Below are positions 10,793-22,869 of a stretch of DNA of 53,246 nt, one piece after another. The notes beneath the pieces are model-generated. The model was not told where the DNA came from. It saw only the letters and a list, made by a program, of their open reading frames with translations, and searched no databases. Origin of the DNA: Octopus bimaculoides (taxonomy: Eukaryota); contig NC_068990.1 of the NCBI RefSeq assembly GCF_001194135.2, positions 54,452,588-54,505,833 on the forward strand, given 5' to 3'. The translations under genes and the position numbers were made by a program. Each line of letters begins with the position of its first letter. Positions within the stretch are counted from its first letter, which is position 1.

Positions 10793-12741
10793 AATATATA
10801 AAGCTGAAGTTGTGTGTCTGTGTGAAGCCTTTTTAAAAGTGTATAGAAATCCACATTTTCCACTCTTTCGTAAAAATTTTTACACCAATGAAATTTTCTC
10901 GATGTGAACTTCCCAGTGCAGTAATCAGATTTTTTAAATTCCGTTTACTTTGTGATTTAAGGGAGATTTGGCTGTTGTTTCTAGCAACTTTTATATTTCC
11001 TCCCTTCTACCTGAAACGGTGTTCTTACACACGCGCTCAACATATAATATAGAGAGTAAGNNNNNNNNNNNNNNNNNNNNNNNNNNNNNNNNNNNNNNNN
11101 NNNNNNNNNNNNNNNNNNNNNNNNNNNNNNNNNNNNNNNNNNNNNNNNNNNNNNNNNNNNNNNNNNNNNNNNNNNNNNNNNNNNNNNNNNNNNNNNNNNN
11201 NNNNNNNNNNNNNNNNNNNNNNNNNNNNNNNNNNNNNNNNNNNNNNNNNNNNNNNNNNNNNNNNNNNNNNNNNNNNNNNNNNNNNNNNNNNNNNNNNNNN
11301 NNNNNNNNNNNNNNNNNNNNNNNNNNNNNNNNNNNNNNNNNNNNNNNNNNNNNNNNNNNNNNNNNNNNNNNNNNNNNNNNNNNNNNNNNNNNNNNNNNNN
11401 NNNNNNNNNNNNNNNNNNNNNNNNNNNNNNNNNNNNNNNNNNNNNNNNNNNNNNNNNNNNNNNNNNNNNNNNNNNNNNNNNNNNNNNNNNNNNNNNNNNN
11501 NNNNNNNNNNNNNNNNNNNNNNNNNNNNNNNNNNNNNNNNNNNNNNNNNNNNNNNNNNNNNNNNNNNNNNNNNNNNNNNNNNNNNNNNNNNNNNNNNNNN
11601 NNNNNNNNNNNNNNNNNNNNNNNNNNNNNNNNNNNNNNNNNNNNNNNNNNNNNNNNNNNNNNNNNNNNNNNNNNNNNNNNNNNNNNNNNNNNNNNNNNNN
11701 NNNNNNNNNNNNNNNNNNNNNNNNNNNNNNNNNNNNNNNNNNNNNNNNNNNNNNNNNNNNNNNNNNNNNNNNNNNNNNNNNNNNNNNNNNNGTCATAAGA
11801 AAACTTTTAACTACCTCTATTCCTTTCTCCCGCTCTCTCTACGTCTTTCTTTCTCGCTCTCTCAAACGCATACACGTGCAAGTACACAATCATTCAGTAA
11901 AATATAACTCATGTTCGTCAATGTTTTGTAAATATACCACGATTTTCCCTAGGGTGTTAGGGTTCGAGTTTTAGGGTCAGGGTTAGGGTTTTAGGGTTAT
12001 GGTTACGGTTAGGGTTAGGATTAGTGTTACAGTTACGGTTTTAGGGTCAGGGTTAGGGTTTTAGGGTTAGGGTTAGGGTTAGGGTTAGTGTTAGGGTTAG
12101 TGTTAGGATTAGGTTTAGGATTAGAGTTGGGTAATCGTGTGGTTGTTAATCTGAAAAATTACAGATATGTGAAAAGTACCGACCCTGCCATCTATTATAA
12201 CTTTTGTTGTTCTGTTTAATATATACATAGATTATGCCTCCAAAGAAGAGAGCTTGCTGGGGAGAGACAGCAACCAGTTTAAAAAGACAGCAACAGACTG
12301 CAGCAATTCACCACATTCCAAAAGCTACTTTGAACATAATGCAAAATGGTGCATCAATATCTTCTGCCCAATCTGATATAATTCTGGCAGAACTGTGTAG
12401 CAACAGATCGCCAGCAATTGCTTCATCAGAAATTGCTGTCCTAGCTCCTGTGAAAAGGGATTACCCTGCTATGTATAATCAGGGCAGCGCAAAAAGTTGT
12501 TTTGCACAAGCATTTGTATAGCCAATTAGACGGATGAAATTTACGTACGCTTAATAATTTTACGCAAAACAGCCTTCAGACTTTACCTATTAATTTCATC
12601 GTCTTTTGAATTATGAACATATTTACATCATAAGGGATTTTTCTTTGTAAGGTTTTCTTTTTTAGTTGATTTTCACCTAGTAAGACTTATCATAGATGGC
12701 GTAATAAGTCACACCCGGACAAGGTCGGGTTATACTGCTAG
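10793..12741 (+). mobile_element. Non-autonomous Helitron-like element (contains a gap)
   Basis: 5' 'tatataaagctgaagttgtgtgtctg' resembles the 5' ends at 30941 and 51555. 3' hairpin ACCCGGACAAGGTCGGGT (12713-12730), then CTAG (12738-12741) and T. Short ORF 12234-12521 starts MPPKKRACWG, like a RepHel N-terminus. Confidence 0.72.
11950..12130 (+). repeat. Interstitial telomere-like (TTAGGG)n degenerate array
   Basis: Four perfect consecutive TTAGGG at 12061-12084 within variants (TCAGGG, TTAGTG, TTAGGA, TTACGG). Confidence 0.92.
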
Positions 12742-12769
12742 TTATAACATAAAAGCAAAATACACACAA

Positions 12770-12780
12770 GTGTGCGCACG

Positions 12781-12857
<77 letters not shown>

Positions 12858-12870
12858 GCACATACACATG
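12770..12870. repeat. (CA)n microsatellite
   Basis: Direct reading. Confidence 0.95.
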
Positions 12871-13039
12871 AATGTAGAAAATAAATTCTTGATAGTATAA
12901 AGTATTGAGGAAGTGCTTCAAAGAAATTCTCTAAAGTTGCAATTATTCTTGCTTTTAAAGCTTTTCCTGTATTCTTTATACTGCCAGCAGGAACTTAGCT
13001 TTGGCATTCTCATGCTTTGTATCTTTTTGTCTTTAACAG

Positions 13040-13204
13040 CCAGTTGAGAAAACATCAAGACTCTATTGTTACTTACATCCGACACATAAACAGTTATTAT
13101 TTGGAAAAGCAGAGATTCTTAGTCTGAAGCCTCGTATTATTATATTCCATGATTTGGTGAAAAACAACATCACTGACTCAATAAAAGGACTTGGTATTAA
13201 TGAG
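13040..13204 (+). CDS. P4HA-like: P4HA-like gene 1 exon (PVEKTSRLYCYLHPTHKQLLFGKAEILSLKPRIIIFHDLVKNNITDSIKGLGINE)
   Basis: ttaacag acceptor and gtgaga donor. 165 nt, phase 0 to 0. Clear match to P4HA 'KLFCRY...KPRIIRFHDII'. Confidence 0.92.
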
Positions 13205-13334
13205 GTGAGAGATAGATTTTTTTCATATAATGTTGTATGGGATAGTAAGATGGCAGTCCATTCTTTGCTACTAATCCTGACTTAATATTATTCAATGATT
13301 ATTTGATATTGTTCAATGATACTAGTGCAGTTTA

Positions 13335-13525
13335 GTCTTCTATTATAATTACTATCATTTCTAAAATGTATTGTAAGAGTACTTGACCACAGTACTCTTG
13401 ATTGAATCCTTATTTTATCAACACTAGAAGGATGAAATGTAAAATTGACCTGGGTAAAATTTGAACTCAGAATGTAAAATAGTCATAACTAACTAGAACA
13501 AGCATTTTGTTTTTTGTCCCAAATT
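13335..13525 (-). mobile_element. tRNA-derived SINE family A, degenerate copy
   Basis: 'gaaggatgaaatgtaaaattgacc...atttgaactcagaatgtaaa' is shared with the other family A copies. Confidence 0.6.
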
Positions 13526-13764
13526 CTATTATTTCTGCTAATCCATAACTTTTTTTTATTGAAAAATTATCTTTAAGACTTTAAAATAAAGTTCTGTTAT
13601 GCTGCAGCTTTGTGACTGAATCATCATTGATATTTATATAGCCAGGTTAGCCTTGATCAAGCTGACCCATGATCAAAGGGTGCCTAAACACTTGTACACT
13701 TCTCTAAATGTTCTTCTATTTAGCTTTTAATTAAATAATTGTCTTTCCTTTTTCTGATGAACAG

Positions 13765-13811
13765 ATGCATTCAATGCTGGAACATAACATATACAAATAT
13801 GAAATGCAGGG
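13765..13811 (+). CDS. P4HA-like: P4HA-like gene 1 exon (MHSMLEHNIYKYEMQ/G), highly diverged
   Basis: gaacag acceptor and gttagt donor. 47 nt, phase 0 to 2, which is the phase pair needed between its neighbours. Sits where P4HA has 'LRRATI...YRISKS'; sequence similarity is weak. Confidence 0.6.
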
Positions 13812-14689
13812 GTTAGTACAGTTTTATGCATTTTAATATGGAAAGTATTATTTAAACTATGTTACCTCAAGTATAGAGGTAGTATTTAATACAGTATTGA
13901 TGTTGTGTGTGTGTGTGTATTTAGAATATGGAATTTGTCAATGAAACAACATCATATAGATTCATGACTAAATAATTTCATTGATGAAAATCTTTCAGTG
14001 TTGCTAGTTTTATAAATAAAATGTAATTTCACTTCAGATGCATTAATTTTTTCTTTTTTGTTTATTGAGTATTTTATTCATATTTTTAGATTAAAGCAAA
14101 ACAAAATTTTTTAAAATGCTACAACAGCAGATATTAGATAAAATATTACATAAATAGAAAAAATATTATCAAAACAAAAAATCTCCCAACTCTTAACAAG
14201 GAGAAAATAAAATACATAAAGAAAAAACAACAAATAAAAGTATTTCAATCAATATTTTCTCTGAAATAAATGTTGTTCAGTAAAAAAAGAAGAATCTAAT
14301 GTGAAAATGTTAAACTACAAATAAAAGATGTATCCCCACCCCATTCCAAACAAATCACTGCTCAAAAGTAATGAATTATTGACTGTACATTGTGTTAGGT
14401 ATTGATGGTGTGTCATGTTGAACATTTGTGCTTCAAGTTTCAAACAGCTGTCAGTAAATAGTGATTATTGGAAGAATGGATTAATTGCACCATGTGGCAA
14501 CTTTCATTTTATGTTAACAACAGTGGAAAAAATATAGTGATAACTTTGACTTTTAGATTGCTGTATTATTGTTAGTATTACTCTTGTTAGTGCTGTTTTT
14601 TTTTTGTTATTTTAGTTATGTTTATTGTTGATATTTTGTTATTTATTCAAACAGAAATGTTGAAGTAAAATTGTCTGTTATTTCTGAAT

Positions 14690-14880
14690 GTATGTAATTG
14701 TGTGTTTGTGTATGCATGTATGTGTGTATGTATGCATGCATTACATGTATGTGTGTTTATATGCATGTATTGTATGAATGTGAGTGTATATATTACATGT
14801 ATGTATGTATGTATGTATGTATGCATGTATATATGTGTGTATGTATGTATGTATGTATGTATGTATGTATATGTATCTAT
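14690..14880. repeat. (TATG)n/(TG)n microsatellite
   Basis: Direct reading. Confidence 0.92.
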
Positions 14881-15044
14881 GTTGAATAAAAGTCAGATAA
14901 AAACCTTGTAGAATGCTATGCCAAGCTCGTCCATCGTTATTGGCTACCTGATGTCATCATACAGTGGAATACTCTTACTGTTGGATATACATAAGGAATT
15001 CCAGAGTATCCATAAAGTTTATATAAATAGATAAATGACAGAAA

Positions 15045-15340
15045 ACAGAATGAATGACATTTTTTATTTAAAGTCACTACAGTTGTTTTGACACATTTTT
15101 ACACCTCAAGTACATTGGTGAGGTGTTGTATAATCCTTACCACACATCGAAGATGTAAAATGCACTTTGTGAAATGACAGTAGGATCTAACAAAGGGCTT
15201 ATTTAAACAATCACCAAAAGAGGTGCATTTTACAACTTGGATATAGGATAATGATTACACAACACCTCACTAATGTACTAAATATGTAAGAATGTGTCGA
15301 AACAATTGTGATTTTTAATAAAGAATGTTGTTTATTCCAT
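15045..15340. mobile_element. Palindromic non-autonomous element with inverted arms of about 110-120 bp
   Basis: 'tttatttaaagtcactacagttgttttgacacatt...tgtaaaatgcac' pairs with 'gtgcattttaca...aatgtgtcgaaacaattgtgatttttaataaa'. Confidence 0.75.
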
Positions 15341-15489
15341 TTTCCATCATTTAGCTATTTATATATGTATGTCTGCACTGGAATAGTGTGTGTATGGATG
15401 TATATATGTATGTGTATGCGTGCATCTGTATATATGTGTATATACTTTATCTAAAAGCAGGAGAAATATCACAAAAACTGTTACTTCTT

Positions 15490-16130
15490 AAAATTAGTCT
15501 CTAAACATTTTCAACTTAGCCATAAGTTTTACAGAATATTTAATAGAAGAACGCTGAAGATTAGCTATTCTTGTTGTAAAAGCTTCGCCTCTTTCATTAG
15601 CCAACACAACATGAAAATAATTACAAATAACCGCAGTGCCGATTCTGATCCGAAGAATTGCAATTTCAAAGATGAGATCACCTGTCTGTTGGAAGGAAAA
15701 TGTCTGGAGAAAGAGGTTGTGTATAGGGCCAAAGTACAAATAGAAGGCTCATGTGAATATAAAACATACATAGAGGCTTCAGAAAATTCTTTCAAAACCA
15801 AATTCTATTCCTATAGAAATTCCTTCTGGTACCCCGAAAATAGGACAAAGACCAGTCTGGCAAAACATGCCTGGGAATTGAAAGAAAATGAAACCCATCC
15901 TTTCAACGTGACATGGAAAATTTTGGATAAAACATCAGCTTACAGGCATGGTGCTCATAAAAGACCCATCAAATGTGATATATGCCTTTCGGAAAAATTC
16001 CATATTCTATACCCGGACAATAGAGCTTTGAATCAAAGACACAAACTCTTAAATTCCTGCTGGCACGCATCAAAATTTATAATGTCAGCTGACAAAATAC
16101 CATATGGATAGAATATATTTTTGATTCTTG
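15490..16130 (+). mobile_element. Penelope-like element 3' part: RT tail plus GIY-YIG endonuclease ORF (15611-16111)
   Basis: 'IFNRRTLKISYSC' followed by 'CLLEGKCLEKEVVYRAKV...KTYIEASENSFK...TSLAKHAWELK...CDICLSEK...LNQRHKLLNSCWH'. Confidence 0.88.
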
Positions 16131-16884
16131 AACTGATTTCCAATATCACTGTTGAATTTGTGTTTTGTAGTATATGGTTGTTTCGCATCACAATGATATT
16201 GTATATATTTCAACATATTATTTAAGAAGGCCTTTGACTGTTATATATATTATTTTCAAGTTTAAGCTTTTAGTATTTTATTTTATTTTATTGTATTTTA
16301 CGAACCTATTTAATTGTTATATTTATAGATAATTCTACGCATGGTGCTGAATTTTGCAAATGTCTTTTATCCGATTTTAATATTATATATACTGAGCAAT
16401 TTAAAAAAAAAGTTGTTTGTAAATATACGTTGGGATCTAGATGTGTTTTTATGTGGATGCATGTATTGTAGGCATGCATATGTATTTGTATCTGTACGTC
16501 TGTGTATGTGTGTAAGTATACGTGTATGTTTATATTTACGTACATAGTACATGGGTGTATATGTATACACTTATATTTGTGTGAATATGTATTTACGTAC
16601 ATATTTCTGCATATTTATATACGTAATCATATATATGTGTATTTGTATGCAAAAGTATACTTACGTATATGTATATATATATATATATATGCATAGTAAT
16701 GAGAAAATGGAGGAGAATATGCGGTACCCATCGACTTGCAGACAATGTATTCTGTTGATTAATCTGTTTATTTTATAACTAAATTGACAAAAAACACAAT
16801 ATACAGACACTTATGACATTCCATGTCATATTAACAATTATGATTTCAAATATAAAGGACATTTAGTAATTGGGGAAGGGACAG

Positions 16885-17019
16885 AAACTTACAGCTGTTT
16901 TGGCCTAGCGTTGGCATGTCCCATTCTATCTCTATAGCTCCTGTACACCGGAATAATTAGTAAATGAAAATGATGTAATGGGGGTACATGCATGATTCGC
17001 TAGGCCTCTTCAGAGATTT
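16885..17019 (-). ncRNA. Type I hammerhead fold with a long insert in stem II; G12 replaced by A
   Basis: Minus strand reads AAATCT-CTGAAGA-GGCCTAGCG-(87 nt)-CGCTAGGCC-AAAACAGCTGT-A-AGTTT. Confidence 0.65.
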
Positions 17020-17726
17020 ACAAAATTCAATACAAATATAAAATAAGAATAAAGTAAAAATAAAAAAAATAAAAAATGAAAATATAGAAATATAAGGCAC
17101 ATAAAAAAGCCTACAAACAATATATAAAACCATATTGGATAGATACTATCCCTTAGTGGGTTGAATCTTCAACCCCTAACTCTCTTGGAGNNNNNNNNNN
17201 NNNNNNNNNNNNNNNNNNNNNNNNNNNNNNNNNNNNNNNNNNNNNNNNNNNNNNNNNNNNNNNNNNNNNNNNNNNNNNNNNNNNNNNNNNNNNNNACATA
17301 TATATAGTTTTTATTTTTTATTTTATATGTACGTTCATTACACATATTTTGTGATCTATTTCTCTTTCTTTTCTCTCCTTACTCAAAGTATCTTTCCTCT
17401 TTCTACTGGATACATTGCTAGAACCCTTAAAAAACTGCTGAAAAAAATATTTATGTAATATAGCGTGACATTTTTAATTTTAATTTTAATGTATTAATTG
17501 ACTTATATTTCGTATATGATTATTTACCATACGTATTTGGAATCTGTCCTTTGATTTAAGGTTTTCTTCGATTTAAGATGAATTTATACTAAATTTATTT
17601 TGTTCATTGCATGCTTAAGACCGTTAATTGAAAGGACCAATGAAACAAAACCATTTTTAAAGGTGTATCCTTTAAATTAGTTTTTGTTTTTGTTCAATTA
17701 TATCATCATTTCTGTTCCATTCTAAC

Positions 17727-17770
17727 AAAACTCCCCGACGAATGGGAACGTGAAACTGAGTAACAGTTTT
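17727..17770 (+). ncRNA. Degenerate minimal hammerhead-like motif
   Basis: AAAACTCC-CCGACGA-ATG(GGAA)CGT-GAAACTGAGT-A-ACAGTTTT. U4 is C and stem I opens with two mismatches. Confidence 0.45.
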
Positions 17771-17869
17771 TGTGATATTTCTCTTGCTTTTAAATAAAGC
17801 ATATTACTGTACCTCTAGTATTTGAGTACTCTTTTTTCCACCTTGTTTCACAATTATGTGCTTATGGTA

Positions 17870-17877
17870 TATGTGTA

Positions 17878-17908
<31 letters not shown>

Positions 17909-18020
17909 ATCCCCATCATCATTATTATCATCATCATCGTCGTCATCACCACTGCCGCCGAAACCAACACCACCACCACCACCACCACCAGCATCATCAT
18001 CATCATTATTCTCACCATCA
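17870..18020. repeat. (TG)n, (CAT)n and (CAC)n compound microsatellite (LINE tail)
   Basis: Direct reading. Confidence 0.92.
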
Positions 18021-19144
18021 TTTAACGACTGTTGTCCATGCTGGCATGGGTTGGACGGGTTGATCAGGGCTTGCAAGCTGGAAGGCTGCACCAGTCTCCA
18101 GTCTGATTTAGCATGATCTCTACAGCTGGATGCCCTTTTTAACATCAACCACTCCAAGAGTATAATGGGTGCTTTTACATGCCACCAGCACGGGTGCCAT
18201 TTGCGTGACACCGGTATCTACCATGACTGCGATTTTGCTTGGCTTGATGGCTCTTCTTCTCAGGTATGACATAATGCTAAAGGTATTGGTCATTGCCTCC
18301 GTGAGGTGCAACACTCGAGCCAAAGGTCTCAGTCATTGCCTCCATGAAGCCCAACACCCAAAAGGAGCTCAGCCACTTTGTCTCTGTGAGGTCCAATTCT
18401 CAAAAGGTGCTTTTTACATGCCACCAGCATGGGTGCCAGTTATGTGACACCAGCATGAGCCACAACTGCGATTTCACTTGGCTTGACAGGTCTTCTCAAG
18501 CACAGCATATTGCTAAAGGTCTTGGTCACTAGTGATTGCTTCTGCAAGGCCCAAAGTTTGAAGATCATGCTTCACCACCTCGTCCCATGTCTTCCTGGGT
18601 CTACCTCTACAACAGGTTCCCTTCACAGTTAAAGATCAACACTTCTTTACACAGCTGTCCTCATTCATGCACATCACATGACCACACCAGCTCAGTCGTC
18701 TCTCTTGCACACCACATCTAATGATTCTTATGCCTAACTTTTCTCTCAAGATGCTTACATGCTGTTGGATATGCACACATTGCACATCTAGTGAAGTATA
18801 CTGGCTTCATTTCTTTCAAACCTATGCATATCCTCAGCTGTCACAGCCCATCTTTCACTACCATGCAGCATAGCTATTTGCACACAGGCATCATACAACC
18901 TGCTTTTCACTCTGAGGGAGAGGCCCTTTGTTGCCAGCAGAGGTAGGAGCTCTCTGAACTTTGCCCAGCCTAATCTTATTCTCATAGCTACACTCTTGGA
19001 GCGTCCACCTCTGCTACTAACTTGGTCACGTAGATAATGGAAGCTATCTACTACCTCTAGCTTACCCCCTTGGCAGTTGATGAAGTCTATTTTCTGTACA
19101 TTTTCGGCATTTATTGTACCTGTGCATCTTCCACATACAAAAGG

Positions 19145-19145
<1 letters not shown>
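18020..19145 (-). mobile_element. 5'-truncated RTE-like LINE (same family as 3881-6454)
   Basis: 'MRIRLGWAKFRELLPLLATKGLSLRVKSRLYDACV...HGSERW'; shared 3' UTR containing 'ctacagctggatgcc'. Confidence 0.9.
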
Positions 19146-19222
<77 letters not shown>

Positions 19223-19600
19223 GATTATTTTATGTCTTGTTCTAGGCTAGGGTTGGACAGGTCTCTGCTGCCCTCCTAGATATGTTGGAGGATCACCTCT
19301 CAAGAGTTTCATTTTTGACTTAGTTTCCAGAGCTGGATGTCCCTCCTAACACTAACCACTTGACAGAGTGCACTAAGTATATTCATTTATTGTGATGTCA
19401 GTCCTAGAGAGGTTGTCATATCTTTCATAAGACTAAAGGATCTGCTTGATCTCATACTTAATGGGTGCACTGGTGTATTTTATCATGACACCAGAACCAG
19501 AGAGGACAAGGGTAACAACATGAAGATTTGCAAGAGATGAGGGTGAATGATGGATGCCAATACCCAATGGAGTAAAGATAGAGTGTTTGGGGTTCATCTA
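19146..19600 (-). mobile_element. (TA)n and (CAT)n followed by a decayed RTE-type 3' end
   Basis: 'ccagagctggatgtccctcctaacactaaccac' motif after a (CAT)n tail. Confidence 0.55.
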
Positions 19601-19776
19601 TATCTGATGCAATTCCTTATATATATATGCTTTAAGCTGGTTTTCTTGCTTATCATCCTCATTATCTCCACTGTCCTCAGTAAGAAGTTTAACCATCCTT
19701 TCTTCTTCCATTAACACCTATTAACCAAGGTCACTTGCTTTCTCTCTTTCTCATATAAATCTCTTTTCTTCTTCAG

Positions 19777-19885
19777 GATTTCACTTGATGCAAAAATGAA
19801 ATCACAGAAACAAAATGAGCTGAAAAGACATTTTACAAATTTAAAGAACTTGGTATTCCCTCCACTGGAATCTAGCGTTATGGAG
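19777..19885 (+). CDS. P4HA-like: P4HA-like gene 1 exon (G/ISLDAKMKSQKQNELKRHFTNLKNLVFPPLESSVME)
   Basis: Long pyrimidine tract ending cttcag; gtttgt donor. 109 nt, phase 2 to 0, open frame. Positionally equals 'AWL...RIQDLTGLDVSTAEELQ'. Confidence 0.72.
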
Positions 19886-21079
19886 GTTTGTATAAAATAT
19901 ACCAGTTTATTAACAGTCACTATTTAATTATTAATTTTAGGGATGAATACCACAGAGCAAGAAGTTTTGCTGAGTCACTATATTGACCTGTTGTCCAGAT
20001 CAAGATGGCTACTAACTCACTTCACTTATGTTGTCAAAACCACTCTCAAATATCATGATATTTTGTACTTCTAAAACAGAAATCAGAAAACTTCTTATAG
20101 CCCTTTATGGAATTGTTGATAACATATTGAGACCCATCATGTAAATTTCTAAAATAAAATTAAGAAGTACAATTAATAAAAAATTTCTTGATTTAAAAAC
20201 ATTAAATCCTTTGTTCTTTTGTGTCGTTACTGCTCTTTAATGAAGAATAGTTAATGAAAATTAATGAAAGTATTTTTCGAAATTGATAAATAAAAATAAA
20301 AATTCAGTTATATTACATTGATATAGTTGAAGATTTACCCTTTGGATAACCACGTAGACTTCCAGAGTTTAATATTAACCAGTTTGCTGAACTCTGTTCT
20401 AGATTACAAAATATTTGTCTTTGGTCACAGATTTAATGATTTATTGGTAAAGAGTCCAATATAAACAAGAATAATTACTGTGAAGATGGAACTCAGATTA
20501 AAGTAAAAAATGGAAATGAATTTGTTGTTGGTTTCAAAAATGAGTTTTCCAGTTGTTCAATCTCTTTTTTGGAATAAAGGATAAGTGGCTCATTATTCCA
20601 CAGACACTGTTAATGTAAATGCTCAGAGAAAGTCAGCATTGACTCAATGTGACAAAGCTACTTATTAAAATTACTGGTATCATCCATTCAAAGGACTTCT
20701 ATATAGTCTCCATTAACTAAGTTTCTCTCACAAAATATGGATCTCTATCATAAAAAACATTTGTCAATGCTAACCTGCAGAGAGTTTGAAACATTGACTG
20801 TATAACTGTAAAGCTAATTTCTTAACCATTCAACCACATCTGACACACATGGCATGAAGCAGAAATATAAAAATGATAAACAGAAATTAAGTGAAAAAAT
20901 TAATGGAAATTAAAGAATCAGAAAATTTTCAGACCATTTATTGATTTATTGGGTGAGATGACACTAGTTAATAATATGACACTGGTACCACTATTACTTC
21001 AAAGTCTAGGATACCATACAAAAATTATACAAATGGCTGAATGACTTAATGTGAAACATTATGTTACTGAGTTAAAATA

Positions 21080-21295
21080 CTGCTTTATAATTTTGGCATA
21101 AGGCCAGCAATTTTGAGAAGAGGGCTAGTTCATTACATCGACTCCAGTACTGAACTGGTACTTATTTTATTGATGTAAAACAGATGAAAGGCAAAGTCTA
21201 CCCCAGCAGCATTTGAACTCAGAACATAAAGTATGGAAGAAATGTTGCTAAGCATTTTATCCAGTTTGGTAACAATTCTACCAGCTCACTGCCTT
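21080..21295 (-). mobile_element. tRNA-derived SINE family A with degenerate 14-bp TSD
   Basis: Minus-strand tRNA-like head and B-box 'gagttcaaatgc'. Flanks actgagttaaaata (21066-21079) and acagagttaagata (21296-21309). Confidence 0.8.
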
Positions 21296-21602
21296 ACAGA
21301 GTTAAGATATTGACAAGACAAACTTTTACTTGACATAAGCTTCTTTAGATGAAAGCCAATAGACTAATATTAGATTTAGTGCCATATTGTCACCATGAAT
21401 AATGACTTTGGTTCTAGCTCTATAATCTGTTTCAAAATATTTTTGGTTTTAAAACTCTTGCCAGTGTTCATTTAATAAAAACTGATGTCTGATGAAACAC
21501 AAATTAACTAGTTATTCCTACAGTTATCTTTTCTCACATAGTATTATAACATCATGGTTTTAAGGATCATCTTCATTGATATTTGACATAAATATTTTAC
21601 AG

Positions 21603-21647
21603 ATTCGTAACTTTGGACTCCAAGGCTTTTTTGCACCTCTGCATGCA
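21603..21647 (+). CDS. P4HA-like: P4HA-like gene 1 exon (IRNFGLQGFFAPLHA), homologue of the HxD catalytic exon
   Basis: tttacag acceptor and gtaagt donor. 45 nt, phase 0 to 0. Aligns without gaps to 'VANYGVGGQYEPHFD', with PHFD replaced by PLHA. Confidence 0.85.
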
Positions 21648-21656
21648 GTAAGTATA

Positions 21657-21795
<139 letters not shown>

Positions 21796-22573
21796 NNNNN
21801 NNNNNNNNNNNNNNNNNNNNNNNNNNNNNNNNNNNNNNNNNNNNNNNNNNNNNNNNNNNNNNNNNNNNNNNNNNNNNNNNNNNNNNNNNNNNNNNNNNNN
21901 NNNNNNNNNNNNNNNNNNNNNNNNNNNNNNNNNNNNNNNNNNNNNNNNNNNNNNNNNNNNNNNNNNNNNNNNNNNNNNNNNNNNNNNNNNNNNNNNNNNN
22001 NNNNNNNNNNNNNNNNNNNNNNNNNNNNNNNNNNNNNNNNNNNNNNNNNNNNNNNNNNNNNNNNNNNNNNNNNNNNNNNNNNNNNNNNNNNNNNNNNNNN
22101 NNNNNNNNNNNNNNNNNNNNNNNNNNNNNNNNNNNNNNNNNNNNNNNNNNNNNNNNNNNNNNNNNNNNNNNNNNNNNNNNNNNNNNNNNNNNNNNNNNNN
22201 NNNNNNNNNNNNNNNNNNNNNNNNNNNNNNNNNNNNNNNNNNNNNNNNNNNNNNNNNNNNNNNNNNNNNNNNNNNNNNNNNNNNNNNNNNNNNNNNNNNN
22301 NNNNNNNNNNNNNNNNNNNNNNNNNNNNNNNNNNNNNNNNNNNNNNNNNNNNNNNNNNNNNNNNNNNNNNNNNNNNNNNNNNNNNNNNNNNNNNNNNNNN
22401 NNNNNNNNNNNNNNNNNNNNNNNNNNNNNNNNNNNNNNNNNNNNNNNNNNNNNNNNNNNNNNNNNNNNNNNNNNNNNNNNNNNNNNNNNNNNNNNNNNNN
22501 NNNNNNNNNNNNNNNNNNNNNNNNNNNNNNNNNNNNNNNNNNNNNNNNNNNNNNNNNNNNNNNNNNNNNNNNN

Positions 22574-22825
22574 AAACAATTCCTATTATAGTAGGTGCCT
22601 TAGGTATAATAAAAAAATATTCAGACAAATACATAACAAAAATAGCAGGACTTACAAATATATATAACATACAGAAAATTGCACTACTGGGTACTGCACA
22701 CATCCTATGCAAAACACTTTCAATACAGTAAACATAAGAGCACCACAGCAAACCACAGCACATACCCAAGGCGCACAGAGCTGCGCTCGGTAGTGAAGTG
22801 AAAGCACGTTATAAAAATAAAACTA

Positions 22826-22868
<43 letters not shown>
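22574..22868 (+). mobile_element. 3' end of an R4/Dong-like RLE non-LTR retrotransposon with (AAT)n tail
   Basis: Translates 'TIPIIVGALGIIKKYSDKYITKIAGLTNIYNIQKIALLGTAHILCKTLSIQ*', then 3' UTR and (AAT)n. Confidence 0.85.
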
Positions 22869-22869
22869 T

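Noticed and set aside
11950-12130. Possible true telomere or chromosome-fusion scar
   Set aside because: The array is short, degenerate, in one orientation only, intronic and inside a Helitron-like element.
19941-20140. Apparent frameshifted P4HA exon ('KLLIALYGIV', 'HIETHH') suggesting a pseudogene
   Set aside because: It needs several frameshifts. Clean in-phase exons at 19777-19885 and 21603-21647 cover the same protein region better. A decayed duplicate exon cannot be fully excluded.
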